Assembly (NCBI GenBank): GCA_049516875.1
Contig: JBEKSS010000010.1
Location: 1-64,000 of the forward strand
Direction: 5' to 3'
Origin: Candidatus Bathyarchaeia archaeon
GTDB taxonomy: Archaea > Thermoproteota > Bathyarchaeia > Bathyarchaeales > Bathycorpusculaceae
Length of the DNA stretch: 64,000 bases
Shown here: piece after piece, positions 39,361 to 49,687 of the stretch
Layout: the number at the start of each line of letters is the position of its first letter
Numbering within the stretch: position 1 is the stretch's first letter
The notes under the pieces: model-generated
What the model was told of the DNA's origin: nothing
The model's database searches: none
Seen by the model: only the letters and a program-made list of their open reading frames with translations
Translations under genes and position numbers: made by a program

Positions 39361-41556
39361 ATGCCGAGGTTTAAACAGACGGCGGAAATACTGAAACTGA
39401 TGGGTAGAAAAGAGGCTATACGCAACGTGGGCATAATTGCGCACATTGACCACGGAAAAACGACGATGACCGATTCACTCCTCGTTGAAGCCGGTTTGTT
39501 ATCTCCGCAAGTGGCAGGCTCAGCCAGAGTTCTGGACTACCTGGAAGAAGAGCAAAGGCGTGGAATCACAATAAAAACCGCGAACATTTCACTCCTGCAC
39601 GAGACGGGTGGTCATCCTTACCTGATCAACCTCGTTGACACTCCAGGCCACGTGGACTTCACTGGCAAGGTGACAAGGGCTTTACGGGCGATAGACGGCG
39701 CGGTTGTCGTCATTGACGCTGTGGAAGAAGTTATGGCGCAAACGGTAACTGTGACCCGTCAAGCTCTTGAAGAGAGAGTCAAACCAGTCCTTTTCATAAA
39801 CAAGCTTGATCGCTTGATAGAAGAAATGAAACTGGCCCCCGTGGAAATTCAGAGTAAGCTGACCCGCATAATCGCCGACTTCAACAATCTGATAGAGAAT
39901 TATGCTGAACCAGAATTCAGAAAGAAATGGAAAGTTGACCCTGAACAAGAAAGCGTCGTTTTCGGCTCCGCTCTCCATAAGTGGGGATTCACCCTCAAGA
40001 CAGCCGGTGAAAAAGGCATAAAATTCGGCGACAGAGACATTATGGAAGCCTACGGAAAAGGCAAACATCGGGCACTTTCAAGGCTGATCCCGCTCCCCAC
40101 AGCCATCCTGGACATGGTTGTCAAGAATCTTCCAAGTCCCATTGAAAGTCAAAAATACCGCGTGCCGAAAATCTGGAAGGGTGAAACTAGGTCTGAAATC
40201 GGCCAAGCGATGTTAAACTGTGACGACGAAGGACCAACAGTGATGTGCGTAACCATGGCCCAAACGGTTCCGGGAACAGGTTTGGTGGCGACTGGCAGAC
40301 TGTTCTCAGGCTCCATAAGAGAAGGAGACCAAATCTACTTGGTTGAGGCAGATAAGGAATACCGCGTCCAGCAGGTTTCCATGTACATGGGAGCCTTCAG
40401 AGAAGCCGTCAACAAAATCAGTGCAGGCAACATTGCCGGATTATCTGACCTCGGTCTGGCAAGGGCCGGACACACGCTCGTCGATTACAAGCACAGAGAA
40501 ACCATGGTTCCGTTCGAACGTGTAAAATACGTTGCGGAGCCCGTAATGACCATAACGATAGAGCCAAAAAAACCGAGCGACTTGCCAAAAGTAATGGAAG
40601 CCATGAACAGAATTTCGATAGAAGATCCTAACCTCCTAACCACCATTGACAAAGAAACAGGCCAGTACCTGATAAGCGGCATAGGAGAGCTTCACCTGGA
40701 GATTGCCATGAATTTCTTGAGACAGTACGTCGGCGAGGTGGAGCTTACTGCGTCCAGCCCGAACGCATCCTACAGAGAAACTGTTTCAAGACCAGGCAGA
40801 ACTGTAATGGCCAAAAGCCCAAACAAGCGCAACAAATTCTGGATAGAAGTAGAACCCTTAGAAAGCACGTTCTTGGAAATGATAGAAAACAGCAGGTTTT
40901 CGGAACAAATGATGGAAGAGCAACCCGCCGACTTGCAGTGGAAAGAGGCCGGTAACATCTGGGCCGTTGACAAAAACAAAAACGTGCTCGTCGACTTGAC
41001 TGAAGACGCCCAATACCTTCAAGACGCAAAAGCCAACATCATAACAGGGTTCCATTGGGCATGCAGAACCGGAGCTTTATGCATGGAACCTCTGAGAGGA
41101 ATAAAAGTCAAGCTGATGAAAACGCAACTTGACCCAGATCCATGCCTGCGCGAGACGACGCAGATAACACGAGGCGTAAGCCGTGCAATTCTAGGTTCAT
41201 GCTTGACGGCGAAACCAATCCTTCTCGAACCAATATACAAAATCGAGGTGTCTGTTCAAGCTCAATGGTTCGGCACATGTACCAACATTATATCCCGCAA
41301 GCGAGGGAAAATAGTCACCACCGAACAGAAAGGCTTTCTAATGACAATCATCGGCTACATCCCAGTCGCAGAAACCTTCGGCTTGTCTGCCGAAATGCGC
41401 TCCGCAACCTCAGGCTACGCCTTTTGGCAGTTCGCCTTCGATCATTGGAACAAGGTTCCAAGGAACCTTGCAAGTAAAGTAATCAGAAAACTTCGCGAGA
41501 GAAGAGGATTACCCGAAGAGATTCCTACACCACAAATGTTCGTGGATGAAGCTTGA
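39361..41556 (+). CDS. Elongation factor 2 paralog (aEF-2p-like)
   Basis: AHIDHGKTT, RGITI, DTPGHVDF, NKLD. The diphthamide loop reads LDPDPCLRE with no His. Confidence 0.9.
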   Translation: MPRFKQTAEILKLMGRKEAIRNVGIIAHIDHGKTTMTDSLLVEAGLLSPQVAGSARVLDYLEEEQRRGITIKTANISLLHETGGHPYLINLVDTPGHVDFTGKVTRALRAIDGAVVVIDAVEEVMAQTVTVTRQALEERVKPVLFINKLDRLIEEMKLAPVEIQSKLTRIIADFNNLIENYAEPEFRKKWKVDPEQESVVFGSALHKWGFTLKTAGEKGIKFGDRDIMEAYGKGKHRALSRLIPLPTAILDMVVKNLPSPIESQKYRVPKIWKGETRSEIGQAMLNCDDEGPTVMCVTMAQTVPGTGLVATGRLFSGSIREGDQIYLVEADKEYRVQQVSMYMGAFREAVNKISAGNIAGLSDLGLARAGHTLVDYKHRETMVPFERVKYVAEPVMTITIEPKKPSDLPKVMEAMNRISIEDPNLLTTIDKETGQYLISGIGELHLEIAMNFLRQYVGEVELTASSPNASYRETVSRPGRTVMAKSPNKRNKFWIEVEPLESTFLEMIENSRFSEQMMEEQPADLQWKEAGNIWAVDKNKNVLVDLTEDAQYLQDAKANIITGFHWACRTGALCMEPLRGIKVKLMKTQLDPDPCLRETTQITRGVSRAILGSCLTAKPILLEPIYKIEVSVQAQWFGTCTNIISRKRGKIVTTEQKGFLMTIIGYIPVAETFGLSAEMRSATSGYAFWQFAFDHWNKVPRNLASKVIRKLRERRGLPEEIPTPQMFVDEA

Positions 41557-41575
41557 CTGCACGGAAGTGAGAGCA

Positions 41576-42448
41576 ATGACAATTCAGTTAAGTTCTTCAT
41601 GTCTGTTCAACCTCGATTTTACTCTTTGCTGCGGACAGACGTTCAGATGGGACAAGCATGGGGAGTGGTGGTACGGCGTCGTTGGAGAAGAAGTGTGTAA
41701 AATACGTCAGAAGTTTGAAACGTTAGAGTTTGAACGTGTAAACGCGAGTTTTGTCGAAAACTACTTTCGCTTACACGATGATTTGCCAAAAATACTCTCG
41801 CGTATCAACAAGGACAAGAACATTGAAGCAGCCATAAGCGAGTTCAGAGGTTTGCGCATCCTCCGTCAAGAACCTTGGGAATGCCTGATTTCATACATCT
41901 GTGCGACGTACAAGAGCATCTCAGCAATAAAGCGCATGTTGGCTGATCTTTCCAAAAGATTTGGAGAAGAAATCTGCCTAAACAGCCATGACTTTTACAC
42001 TTTTCCAAAACCAGCAGAGCTTGCAAGAGCAAGCGTGAAGGAGCTGGCGGCTTGCGGTCTGGGCTACCGAGCCAAGTACGTCTCTGAAACAGCAAAGCTC
42101 ATCTATGAAGACACTTTCGACCTTGAACGCTTGAAAAAAACAACTTATGAAAAAGTCAAAGAAGAATTGATGAATCTTCCAGGCGTAGGACCAAAGGTGG
42201 CAGATTGCGTCTTACTGTTTTCTTTGGAAAAACTTGAGGCTTTTCCCGTCGATGTGTGGATAAGACGAGTTATTCTGAAGTACTATGCAAGGCACTTTCC
42301 AGACGAATTCGTCAAGAAGATTTCTGCCCAAGAATCGCTAAGCAGTTCCGAGTATGAGAAATTGAGCTCCTTCGGAAGAGAATACTTCGGCAGCTATGCA
42401 GGATACGCGCAAGAGTACCTGTATCATTATGAACGCATGCAACACTAG
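41576..42448 (+). CDS. 8-oxoguanine DNA glycosylase (OGG1-like HhH-GPD)
   Basis: TLCCGQTFRW, LPGVGPKVADC, FPVDVW, AGYAQ. Confidence 0.92.
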   Translation: MTIQLSSSCLFNLDFTLCCGQTFRWDKHGEWWYGVVGEEVCKIRQKFETLEFERVNASFVENYFRLHDDLPKILSRINKDKNIEAAISEFRGLRILRQEPWECLISYICATYKSISAIKRMLADLSKRFGEEICLNSHDFYTFPKPAELARASVKELAACGLGYRAKYVSETAKLIYEDTFDLERLKKTTYEKVKEELMNLPGVGPKVADCVLLFSLEKLEAFPVDVWIRRVILKYYARHFPDEFVKKISAQESLSSSEYEKLSSFGREYFGSYAGYAQEYLYHYERMQH

Positions 42449-42619
42449 TTTGGGATTTCACACGCGTGCCAGAAACTTACCCAACACTTGTTTTTTTTCA
42501 ACCCGATAAAACCTTGCATTCAAGAGGAACGATAGACTCTTCAAGCCTTAAATAATCTAAACCCGGAAAACGTTTAAATTAACTTAAAAACAGCATAATA
42601 AGAGAAAACAGGCAAACGC

Positions 42620-42713
42620 GGGCCCGTAGCTCAGCTAGGTAGAGCGCCAGGCTCATAAGCGCACGAAGCGTTCAGAAACCTGTTGATCCCCGGTTCAAAT
42701 CCGGGCGGGCCCA
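42620..42713 (+). tRNA. tRNA with CAU anticodon, most likely tRNA-Ile2, with a 20-nt canonical 37/38 intron (42658-42677)
   Basis: GGGCCCGTAGCTCAGCTAGGTAGAGCGCCAGGCTCATA-[intron]-ACCTGTTGATCCCCGGTTCAAATCCGGGCGGGCCCA. The GGGCCC acceptor stem is Ile-like. Confidence 0.9.
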
Positions 42714-42784
42714 CATCTCCAAGAATCAGAAGAACGGTTATGTTCACATTGCGCACTTTTCTGATAGAGCCCCATAACGAAACG

Positions 42785-43264
42785 CTATTCTTCAAGCTTC
42801 AGAACAAGATGTGCAACTCTTCTCCCGAGTTCTCTGCAGTATTCAATCTCTTTTGCGTGCGGGGCGCCTACGGCTGCCGAGCCAAAATGCTTGTCATCCG
42901 ATCTGCCCTGAATAATCATGCCGTGGACTAGCATGGTTTCAAGAATGGCGAGGAGTGTGGTTTCTGCCCCCGTTGCCGTCCCACCTGAGCTTGTGAAAGC
43001 CGCCCCGACTTTTCCTTCAAGCTTCCCGTGTATTTTGACCGAACTGTCGATAAAAGCCTTGAGTTTACCAGACATTTGCCCATAGTATGTCGGTGAACCC
43101 ATTATGATCCCGCCGGAGCTGCACAGGTCATCCAAGCTTGCCTGTTCAACCTTTTTCACGGTCACCTCAACATTCTTAATCTGCTTAACGCCCTCTGCAA
43201 CTGCAAACGCCATTTTCTCAGTGTTCCCACCCTCGGAATCATACACAACTAAAACTCTTGCCAT
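42785..43264 (-). CDS. Flavodoxin/WrbA-family NAD(P)H:quinone oxidoreductase
   Basis: YDSEGGNTEKMA, GSPTYYG, GKVGAAFTS. Confidence 0.92.
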   Translation of the reverse strand: MARVLVVYDSEGGNTEKMAFAVAEGVKQIKNVEVTVKKVEQASLDDLCSSGGIIMGSPTYYGQMSGKLKAFIDSSVKIHGKLEGKVGAAFTSSGGTATGAETTLLAILETMLVHGMIIQGRSDDKHFGSAAVGAPHAKEIEYCRELGRRVAHLVLKLEE

Positions 43265-43639
43265 CTTGCCTCACAGCTTGAGTTCTTATGTTTGAATCAT
43301 GTTTTAAATCTTGAGTAACTATGCTCTGATGGGCTTTTTTGGCTGAATAGAACATTGTTCCACAAGCTATAAGTGTCAAAGAGTCGCTTTAAAATGAAGA
43401 TGAGGGAGATGGTAGCTTTACTCACGAGGGGAGAAAGGAGAGAAGGGAGCAAAAATTAACTACCATTTCCCTCATTCAAGTTCCATTATTCACACGTAGG
43501 TTGCTTTTAAGTTTTTCTTCGATTTTTGAATCGAATCTACACAAAACTAAAACATAAAGTTCTTTTGGCTGCTGCGCGCCTATTTTCTTCTTTGGATTTC
43601 TCTGTTTTCATGAAAAGCGCGTCTATCGACCTAGATTCA

Positions 43640-44260
43640 CTATGTTAAGATCGTTCTAGTTTGATTCTGAAAGATTCCCTTGATGATATCGTCAACCGTC
43701 AGTATCTTCGCGTTGTAGATGTTTTTTAAATATTTCAATCCTTGTTCGTGGTCCTCTTGCGTGAAAGCTTCCACGCCGTCCTTCGCCACTATTATCCCAT
43801 AGCCCCTGAAGAACGCATCGGCAGCCGTGTGCCTGACGCATATGTTAGTGTGTAACCCGGTCAGGATGACTGTTTTAACGCCTTCCCCACGGTACAGACT
43901 CCTAAGCAGCATGTCCAAGCCTGTTTCGTGAAAGCCACTGTACGTTCGCTTTTCAACAATGTAATCTTTTTTTTGAGGTCTGAGCTCAGGGATGACTTCT
44001 GCTCCTTTTGTGCCCTTTATCGCGTGTTTTCCCCATCTTTCAACGACTTCTTCATCAACGGGAAGGTGTGCATCGTTGCTGTAAATGACGGGCACTCTGT
44101 GTTTGTGAGCGGCTACTACCAACTTTTTCAGGTTTGGAATGATGTGCTTGGCCCTTTCACACTTCAAACCTCCGGTGACGAAGTCGTTTAGCATGTCAAG
44201 AACAATCACAGCTTGGTTGTTCAAAGATTCAGATCCTTGGTAGACTCTGTTGCGAAGCAT
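43640..44260 (-). CDS. Isochorismatase-family cysteine hydrolase
   Basis: LDMLNDF, EKRTYSGF, TNICVRHT. True start is probably slightly downstream. Confidence 0.92.
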   Translation of the reverse strand: MLRNRVYQGSESLNNQAVIVLDMLNDFVTGGLKCERAKHIIPNLKKLVVAAHKHRVPVIYSNDAHLPVDEEVVERWGKHAIKGTKGAEVIPELRPQKKDYIVEKRTYSGFHETGLDMLLRSLYRGEGVKTVILTGLHTNICVRHTAADAFFRGYGIIVAKDGVEAFTQEDHEQGLKYLKNIYNAKILTVDDIIKGIFQNQTRTILT

Positions 44261-44280
44261 GAAAAAAAGTTTATGGTATA

Positions 44281-45351
44281 TTACTTTTCAGCTTCCAGAG
44301 TATACGGGCCTTTTGTGAGCTTCTCGGCTTTCTCTTCTTGCACGAGAACAGTGTCTTCTATGCGAATGCCTCCTAAGTTCGGAATGTATATGCCAGGCTC
44401 ATTTGTCACAACGTTTCCGGCAACTAATCTGTCCTTACTCGTAGCTGAGAGCGTGGGAGGTTCATGAATTTCCAATCCTACGCCGTGACCTAGGCCGTGG
44501 TCATACGGTACGTATCCTGCATCTTGTATCGTTTTCCTGGCTATTTGATCTATGTCTTTGGCTTTCGCTTTGGCCTTTATGGCTTGATAGGCTTTTTCCT
44601 GGGCTGTCTTGACAGTTTCGTACATTCTTTCTTGCTTCTCGGAGGGCTTTCCAGCCACCATGGTTCTTGTCATGTCGGAACAGTAATGTTCATAGATGGC
44701 GCCTATATCCACGACGACAAGATCGCCTTTGCCAATTTTTCGGTTCGCGCATCCGCCGTGAGGATACGCTGAACGGATACCTGAAGCGACGATGGTGTCG
44801 AATCCTGTTCCCCAACCTCCCTCCTTGCGCATCGCATACTCGATTTCCGCTGCAACTTCAATTTCGGTCACTCCCGGTTTTATGGTCTTATACGCTGCCT
44901 GCATGCCCACACTAGTTATTTTTCCGGCTTTTCGCATAAGTGGGAGTTCTTTCTCATCTTTCACTTTGCGCAGCTTCCAGATGAGACCGCCTTCCACCTT
45001 CAATCTGGCGCGCCCGCGGAGACCTTTGGCGAGTAGGCGATAGTAATCGTAGCTCAAGGTGTCTATCGCGAGTTTCTCGATCTTGAAAGCCTTGAGCATT
45101 GGAGCAAGTCTTTCAGTCAGTTTTTCGCCCGCTTTGAGAAGTTCAACTTTGAAACCTCTTGCTTCCGCCTTTGTCTGTTCGTAATTGACACCGTATGCGT
45201 AGACGGTGCTTTCGCCTTTCCTTGGAATCAGCAGGCAGAAGGCTCCCGGGGTTCCAGTCAAATATAACAGATTTTTTTCGTTGCCAACCAAAAATGCGCC
45301 AAACCCCTTCTCTTCGAAAGCCAATTCCCTGAGAACATCTACTCTATCCAT
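44281..45351 (-). CDS. Xaa-Pro aminopeptidase (M24)
   Basis: SDMTRT, HGLGHGVGLEIHE, EPGIY, GIRIED. Confidence 0.94.
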   Translation of the reverse strand: MDRVDVLRELAFEEKGFGAFLVGNEKNLLYLTGTPGAFCLLIPRKGESTVYAYGVNYEQTKAEARGFKVELLKAGEKLTERLAPMLKAFKIEKLAIDTLSYDYYRLLAKGLRGRARLKVEGGLIWKLRKVKDEKELPLMRKAGKITSVGMQAAYKTIKPGVTEIEVAAEIEYAMRKEGGWGTGFDTIVASGIRSAYPHGGCANRKIGKGDLVVVDIGAIYEHYCSDMTRTMVAGKPSEKQERMYETVKTAQEKAYQAIKAKAKAKDIDQIARKTIQDAGYVPYDHGLGHGVGLEIHEPPTLSATSKDRLVAGNVVTNEPGIYIPNLGGIRIEDTVLVQEEKAEKLTKGPYTLEAEK

Positions 45352-45412
45352 CGTTTTTCACCGTTAGGAAAGAAGTCGTTTAGCATTCTAGGCTAAAATG
45401 CTTTGCCCTTTT

Positions 45413-45712
45413 TTATCCGCCGCTTACAATCGGCATTAAGACCACGTGATCTCCATTCTTGAGTTTCGTTTCAACCCCATTCAACTGATTAAGCAGGTAA
45501 CCGTTAACAGTGGCTATGAAATTCGACTTTATGTCTTTGCCACCAGCTTCATAAACAGCCTTCTTGAACGATTCCCCATGTCTCTCAGAGAGCACAACAA
45601 GCAAGTCGCTGATTGAGGAGTCATCTTCTATGTCAATCTCCTCCTCTCGTCTGCTCTCTAGTATGTTCTTGATGTGACCCAGGTACTCGACTTTAACTCT
45701 CAAACCAGGCAC
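45413..45712 (-). CDS. MoaD/ThiS/SAMP ubiquitin-like protein
   Basis: Beta-grasp size with C-terminal PIVSGG. Confidence 0.9.
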   Translation of the reverse strand: MPGLRVKVEYLGHIKNILESRREEEIDIEDDSSISDLLVVLSERHGESFKKAVYEAGGKDIKSNFIATVNGYLLNQLNGVETKLKNGDHVVLMPIVSGG

Positions 45713-45807
45713 CAGAACGCCGTTAATATCTAGATTTGAGGTCGATATATATCTGTTTCAGTGCCGCTCTCAGTTTTTGAACAGCGTAGCGTTCGGATAA
45801 TTCTTTT

Positions 45808-47526
45808 ATGCTTCCCAGACAGTCTAGATTTGAGGTGCTCTCATTGACATACGATAAGCAAAAACTGGATGAAATCTCTCAGCGCAAGGAAAAATGGGAA
45901 ACAGAGACAGTTCAAAAAAGCTTTGACAAGCTTCCAGAGAGAGGCGAGTTTTCAACGACCTCTCACATACCTGTAAGTCGAGTTTACTCTCCGATCGACG
46001 TCGCAGACGTCGATTACTTGCGTGACTTGGGGTTTCCAGGAGAGTTTCCATTCACCCGAGGCGTCTATCCAACGATGTACCGAGCGAGACTATGGACCAT
46101 GCGGCAGTATGCAGGCTTCGGCACCGCGGAGCAGACAAATCAACGCTTCAAGTACTTGCTGAGCCATGGGCAAACGGGATTGAGCGTGGCTTTTGATTTT
46201 CCAACGCAGGTTGGCTACGACTGTGACCATCCGATGGCGCTCGGCGAGGTCGGTAAGGTAGGTGTCAGTGCAAGCACGTTACGGGACATGGAAGTCCTGT
46301 TTGACGGAATTCCTCTTGACAAGGTTACTACTTCAATGACCATTAACGCTCCGGCAAACGTTCTACTTGCAATGTACGCTATAGTAGGGCAGAAGCAGGG
46401 GGTTGAGGGAGCCCGGCTCGGGGGGACGGTTCAGAATGACGTTCTAAAAGAATACGTTGCTAGAGGCATGTACATTTTCCCGCCTAAGCCCTCGATGCGT
46501 ATGGTAACAGACATTTTCGAGTACTGCTCCCAGAACATGCCCCAGTGGAACACTATCAGCATAAGCGGGTACCACATTCGGGAGGCAGGTTCCACAGCAG
46601 TTCAGGAAGTCGCATTCACCCTTGCCAACGCCATAGCGTACGTACAGGCCGCCATTGACAAGGGGCTGGATTTAGACAGGTTCGCCGGCAGGCTGTCATT
46701 CTTTTTCGCAGCACACAGCAACTTCCTCGAAGAAATTGCGAAGTTCAGGGCTGCACGTCGCCTATGGGCGCGAATTATGAGGGATCGCTTCGGAGCCAAG
46801 AACCCAAATTCCTGGATGCTGCGGTTCCACACCCAGACTTCAGGTGTATCACTGACGGCCCAACAGCCCCACAACAACATTGTACGCGTCGCGCTACAGG
46901 CGTTATCAGCCGTCCTGGGCGGAACGCAGTCTCTACATACGAACTCTTTTGATGAAGCTTATGCGCTGCCAAGTGAACAAGCAGTCACCGTTGCTCTAAG
47001 AACACAGCAGATAATCGCTCACGAGAGCGACGTGATAGAGACTGCAGATCCACTGGCAGGTTCCTACTACATTGAGTCTTTGACCAATGAGATTGAGGAA
47101 AGAGCTCAGAAATACATTGAACACATCGACGGCATGGGCGGAGCAGTTGCAGCTATCGAGAAAGGATTTATGCAGCGTGAAATCACCGAGAGCGCCTACC
47201 GTTTCCAGAAGGAGGTTGAAACCAAGAAGCGAATCGTGGTAGGTGTGAACGACTTCCTCAGCGAAGAGAAGGTTCCGATGAAACTGTTACAGATTGACCC
47301 AACGATTGAAAAAAGGCTTGTTGAACAATTGAAGCTGGTTAAACAGCGAAGAAACGAAACCAAGACACAGGAAGCCTTACTTAAGCTTCGAGGTGCGACT
47401 GAACAAGAAAATGTGAACCTGATGCCTTTCATACTCGAAGCCGCAAAGGGATATGCAACCTTAGGCGAGATCTGCGGCACTTTGCGTCAGGTTTTTGGTG
47501 AGTACAAACCGCCTTCTATATTTTAG
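45808..47526 (+). CDS. Methylmalonyl-CoA mutase, substrate-binding large subunit
   Basis: [38 protein letters not shown]; no B12-binding domain. Confidence 0.95.
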   Translation: MLPRQSRFEVLSLTYDKQKLDEISQRKEKWETETVQKSFDKLPERGEFSTTSHIPVSRVYSPIDVADVDYLRDLGFPGEFPFTRGVYPTMYRARLWTMRQYAGFGTAEQTNQRFKYLLSHGQTGLSVAFDFPTQVGYDCDHPMALGEVGKVGVSASTLRDMEVLFDGIPLDKVTTSMTINAPANVLLAMYAIVGQKQGVEGARLGGTVQNDVLKEYVARGMYIFPPKPSMRMVTDIFEYCSQNMPQWNTISISGYHIREAGSTAVQEVAFTLANAIAYVQAAIDKGLDLDRFAGRLSFFFAAHSNFLEEIAKFRAARRLWARIMRDRFGAKNPNSWMLRFHTQTSGVSLTAQQPHNNIVRVALQALSAVLGGTQSLHTNSFDEAYALPSEQAVTVALRTQQIIAHESDVIETADPLAGSYYIESLTNEIEERAQKYIEHIDGMGGAVAAIEKGFMQREITESAYRFQKEVETKKRIVVGVNDFLSEEKVPMKLLQIDPTIEKRLVEQLKLVKQRRNETKTQEALLKLRGATEQENVNLMPFILEAAKGYATLGEICGTLRQVFGEYKPPSIF

Positions 47527-48077
47527 TTTATTACGAAAAGCGTTTCGCTTTCGTTCACAGGCGTCCCTTCAGCAACGTTTACCTCTTGGACGATTCCTGC
47601 CTTTGGTGCCGAGATTTCGTTCTCCATTTTCATGGCTTCAATCACGCATAAGACTTGACCAGCCTTAACTTGGTCACCCTTCTTCACTTTAACTTGAACA
47701 ATCTTGCCTGTCATAGGCGCGGTCACTGCACCTTCAACAGCGATCTTCCTATTCGTGCCAGTTTTCTTCATTGCCGCTTGTGATGTTGGTTCAAAACCTA
47801 TCAATGCCTGTCTCCTGCTGGCAATCTTCACTTCCACTTCAAACCCGGTGTCTTCAACCTTGACCGGAATCTTTTTTCCTTCGACTTTAGGCAGTTCGAC
47901 CTTGTAGGTTTTGCCATCTATTTCTATGGTAAATGCTTTCTCTGATACGATTCCATTTTCTTGAAGCTTGATTTCCCGAGGTTTGCCGTCTATCTTGGCT
48001 GCGTAAGAGTTCGGGGATGTTCTTGTCAGTTCGATTCTCCGTGGCTTGCCGTCTATGACGGCTTCGTAATCAGGCAT
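47523..48077 (-). CDS. Biotin carboxyl carrier protein
   Basis: [14 protein letters not shown]. Confidence 0.94.
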   Translation of the reverse strand: MPDYEAVIDGKPRRIELTRTSPNSYAAKIDGKPREIKLQENGIVSEKAFTIEIDGKTYKVELPKVEGKKIPVKVEDTGFEVEVKIASRRQALIGFEPTSQAAMKKTGTNRKIAVEGAVTAPMTGKIVQVKVKKGDQVKAGQVLCVIEAMKMENEISAPKAGIVQEVNVAEGTPVNESETLFVIN

Positions 48078-48078
48078 G

Positions 48079-49623
48079 CTAGGCGCCTCTTTCCGTCAGG
48101 TTTTGGCGACCAGCGAGTACCCAAGGCGATATCACGCCTTTGGGCCGCCGTTGTACTAGTGCCTGCAAGCTCGAGTTGCGTGTGGTGAAGGTGGCGATTG
48201 TGGCCGACAGTGCTGCAACTTCTTCAAGCTCGGCAAGCCTTTCAGGCGGGATTGTTGTCTTGATCTCTTCGCGTTTGGCTTTTCTCCTTTTGAAGAATTC
48301 CAATGCTGTTTGCGGAAAGAGTGCATAGGTAATCTTGTCTTCCTCGGTCTCTAAGTAGGGCTTCACATCACCCGGGATCTTGTCTAGTGCAGGCTCCAGC
48401 AGGTCGGCTGGACGGCCCGTTATGGGTTCTTCGTCACCGATGATTTTCTTCTTGACGTGGGGGTCAATCGGTGCTGGAGGTTTTCCATACAGGCCTCGGA
48501 CATAGTCTTTTATTTCTTTTGGGACAATGCCGTAGCGTTTACCTGAAATGACATTTAGAACAGCTTGTATCCCTACAAGCTGGCTGGTCGGCGTTACGAG
48601 CGGCGGATATCCAAGTTCTTTTCTGACTCTAGGCACTTCTTCAAGCACTTCGTTAAGTCTGTCGAGTGCTTTTTGCTCGCGTAGTTGCTCCAGCAAGTTA
48701 GAAAACATTCCGCCAGGAATCTGATGAACGATTATTGATGCATCGACTCGTTCAGCTTTTGGATCGATCAGTCTTAATGGATCGTAGTATTTTTCGCGCA
48801 GTTCTCGGAAATACTGTGCTATTTCGTCCAGAAGTTCATTGTCTAAGCCTGTGTCATACGGGGTTCCCTTAAGCGCTGCCACAACAGACTCAACAGGCGG
48901 CTGGGATGTGCCCCACGCCAGTGGCGAGAAAGCGGTGTCGAGGATGTCTACGCCTGCTTCACATGAGCGCAGGTAGGTCATCATGACCATTCCGCTTGTG
49001 CTGTGGCTGTGCAAGTGCACGGGCAAGCCTACTTCCCTTTTCAAAGCCCTGATAAGGTCGTATGCAGGCTGCGGCGCGAGCATACCGGCCATGTCTTTTA
49101 TGCAGATGGAGTCACAGTCTAACTCAGCCAGTTTTCTCGCGAATTCTACAAAGTGTTCGACAGTGTGGACTGGACTTATTGTGTAACTGATTGTTCCTTG
49201 AACATGTTTACCGACTCTCTTGACTGTTTTAATGGCGACTTCCATGTTTCTAACGTCGTTCAAGGCATCGAATATTCTGAAAATCTCAACACCATTTTCA
49301 GCAGCCTTTTCCACGAACTTTATGACAACATCATCGGGGTAGTTGCGATAACCGACAACATTTTGTCCGCGCAACAGCATTTGTAGAGGTGTTCGTTTGA
49401 CATGCTGTCTCAGCTTTCGTATGCGTTCCCAAGGGTCTTCATTTAGAAAACGTATTGCAACGTCGAAGGTTGCACCTCCCCATGCCTCAAGCGAGAAAAA
49501 GCCGACTTGATCCATTTTTTCAGCTATTGGAAGCATTGTTTCGGTTCGCATTCTCGTGGCTAGCAGGCTTTGATGCGCGTCTCGGAATGTCGTGTCGGTG
49601 ATTTTAACAGGTTTCGAGGCCAA
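48079..49623 (-). CDS. Pyruvate/oxaloacetate carboxyltransferase (OadA/PycB/transcarboxylase 5S-like), without biotin domain
   Basis: RDAHQSLLATRM, WGGATFD, KDMAG, HLHSH, PPLVTPTSQ. Confidence 0.92.
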   Translation of the reverse strand: MASKPVKITDTTFRDAHQSLLATRMRTETMLPIAEKMDQVGFFSLEAWGGATFDVAIRFLNEDPWERIRKLRQHVKRTPLQMLLRGQNVVGYRNYPDDVVIKFVEKAAENGVEIFRIFDALNDVRNMEVAIKTVKRVGKHVQGTISYTISPVHTVEHFVEFARKLAELDCDSICIKDMAGMLAPQPAYDLIRALKREVGLPVHLHSHSTSGMVMMTYLRSCEAGVDILDTAFSPLAWGTSQPPVESVVAALKGTPYDTGLDNELLDEIAQYFRELREKYYDPLRLIDPKAERVDASIIVHQIPGGMFSNLLEQLREQKALDRLNEVLEEVPRVRKELGYPPLVTPTSQLVGIQAVLNVISGKRYGIVPKEIKDYVRGLYGKPPAPIDPHVKKKIIGDEEPITGRPADLLEPALDKIPGDVKPYLETEEDKITYALFPQTALEFFKRRKAKREEIKTTIPPERLAELEEVAALSATIATFTTRNSSLQALVQRRPKGVISPWVLAGRQNLTERGA

Positions 49624-49687
49624 GCTGATTTGCTTCCTGTCATTGTCTTTATTTTGGATGTGAAAAATGAGTTGAAGCTCTATTAAT

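Noticed and set aside
42620-42713. tRNA(CAU) as a second integration site
   Set aside because: No duplicated tRNA fragment or integrase seen nearby.
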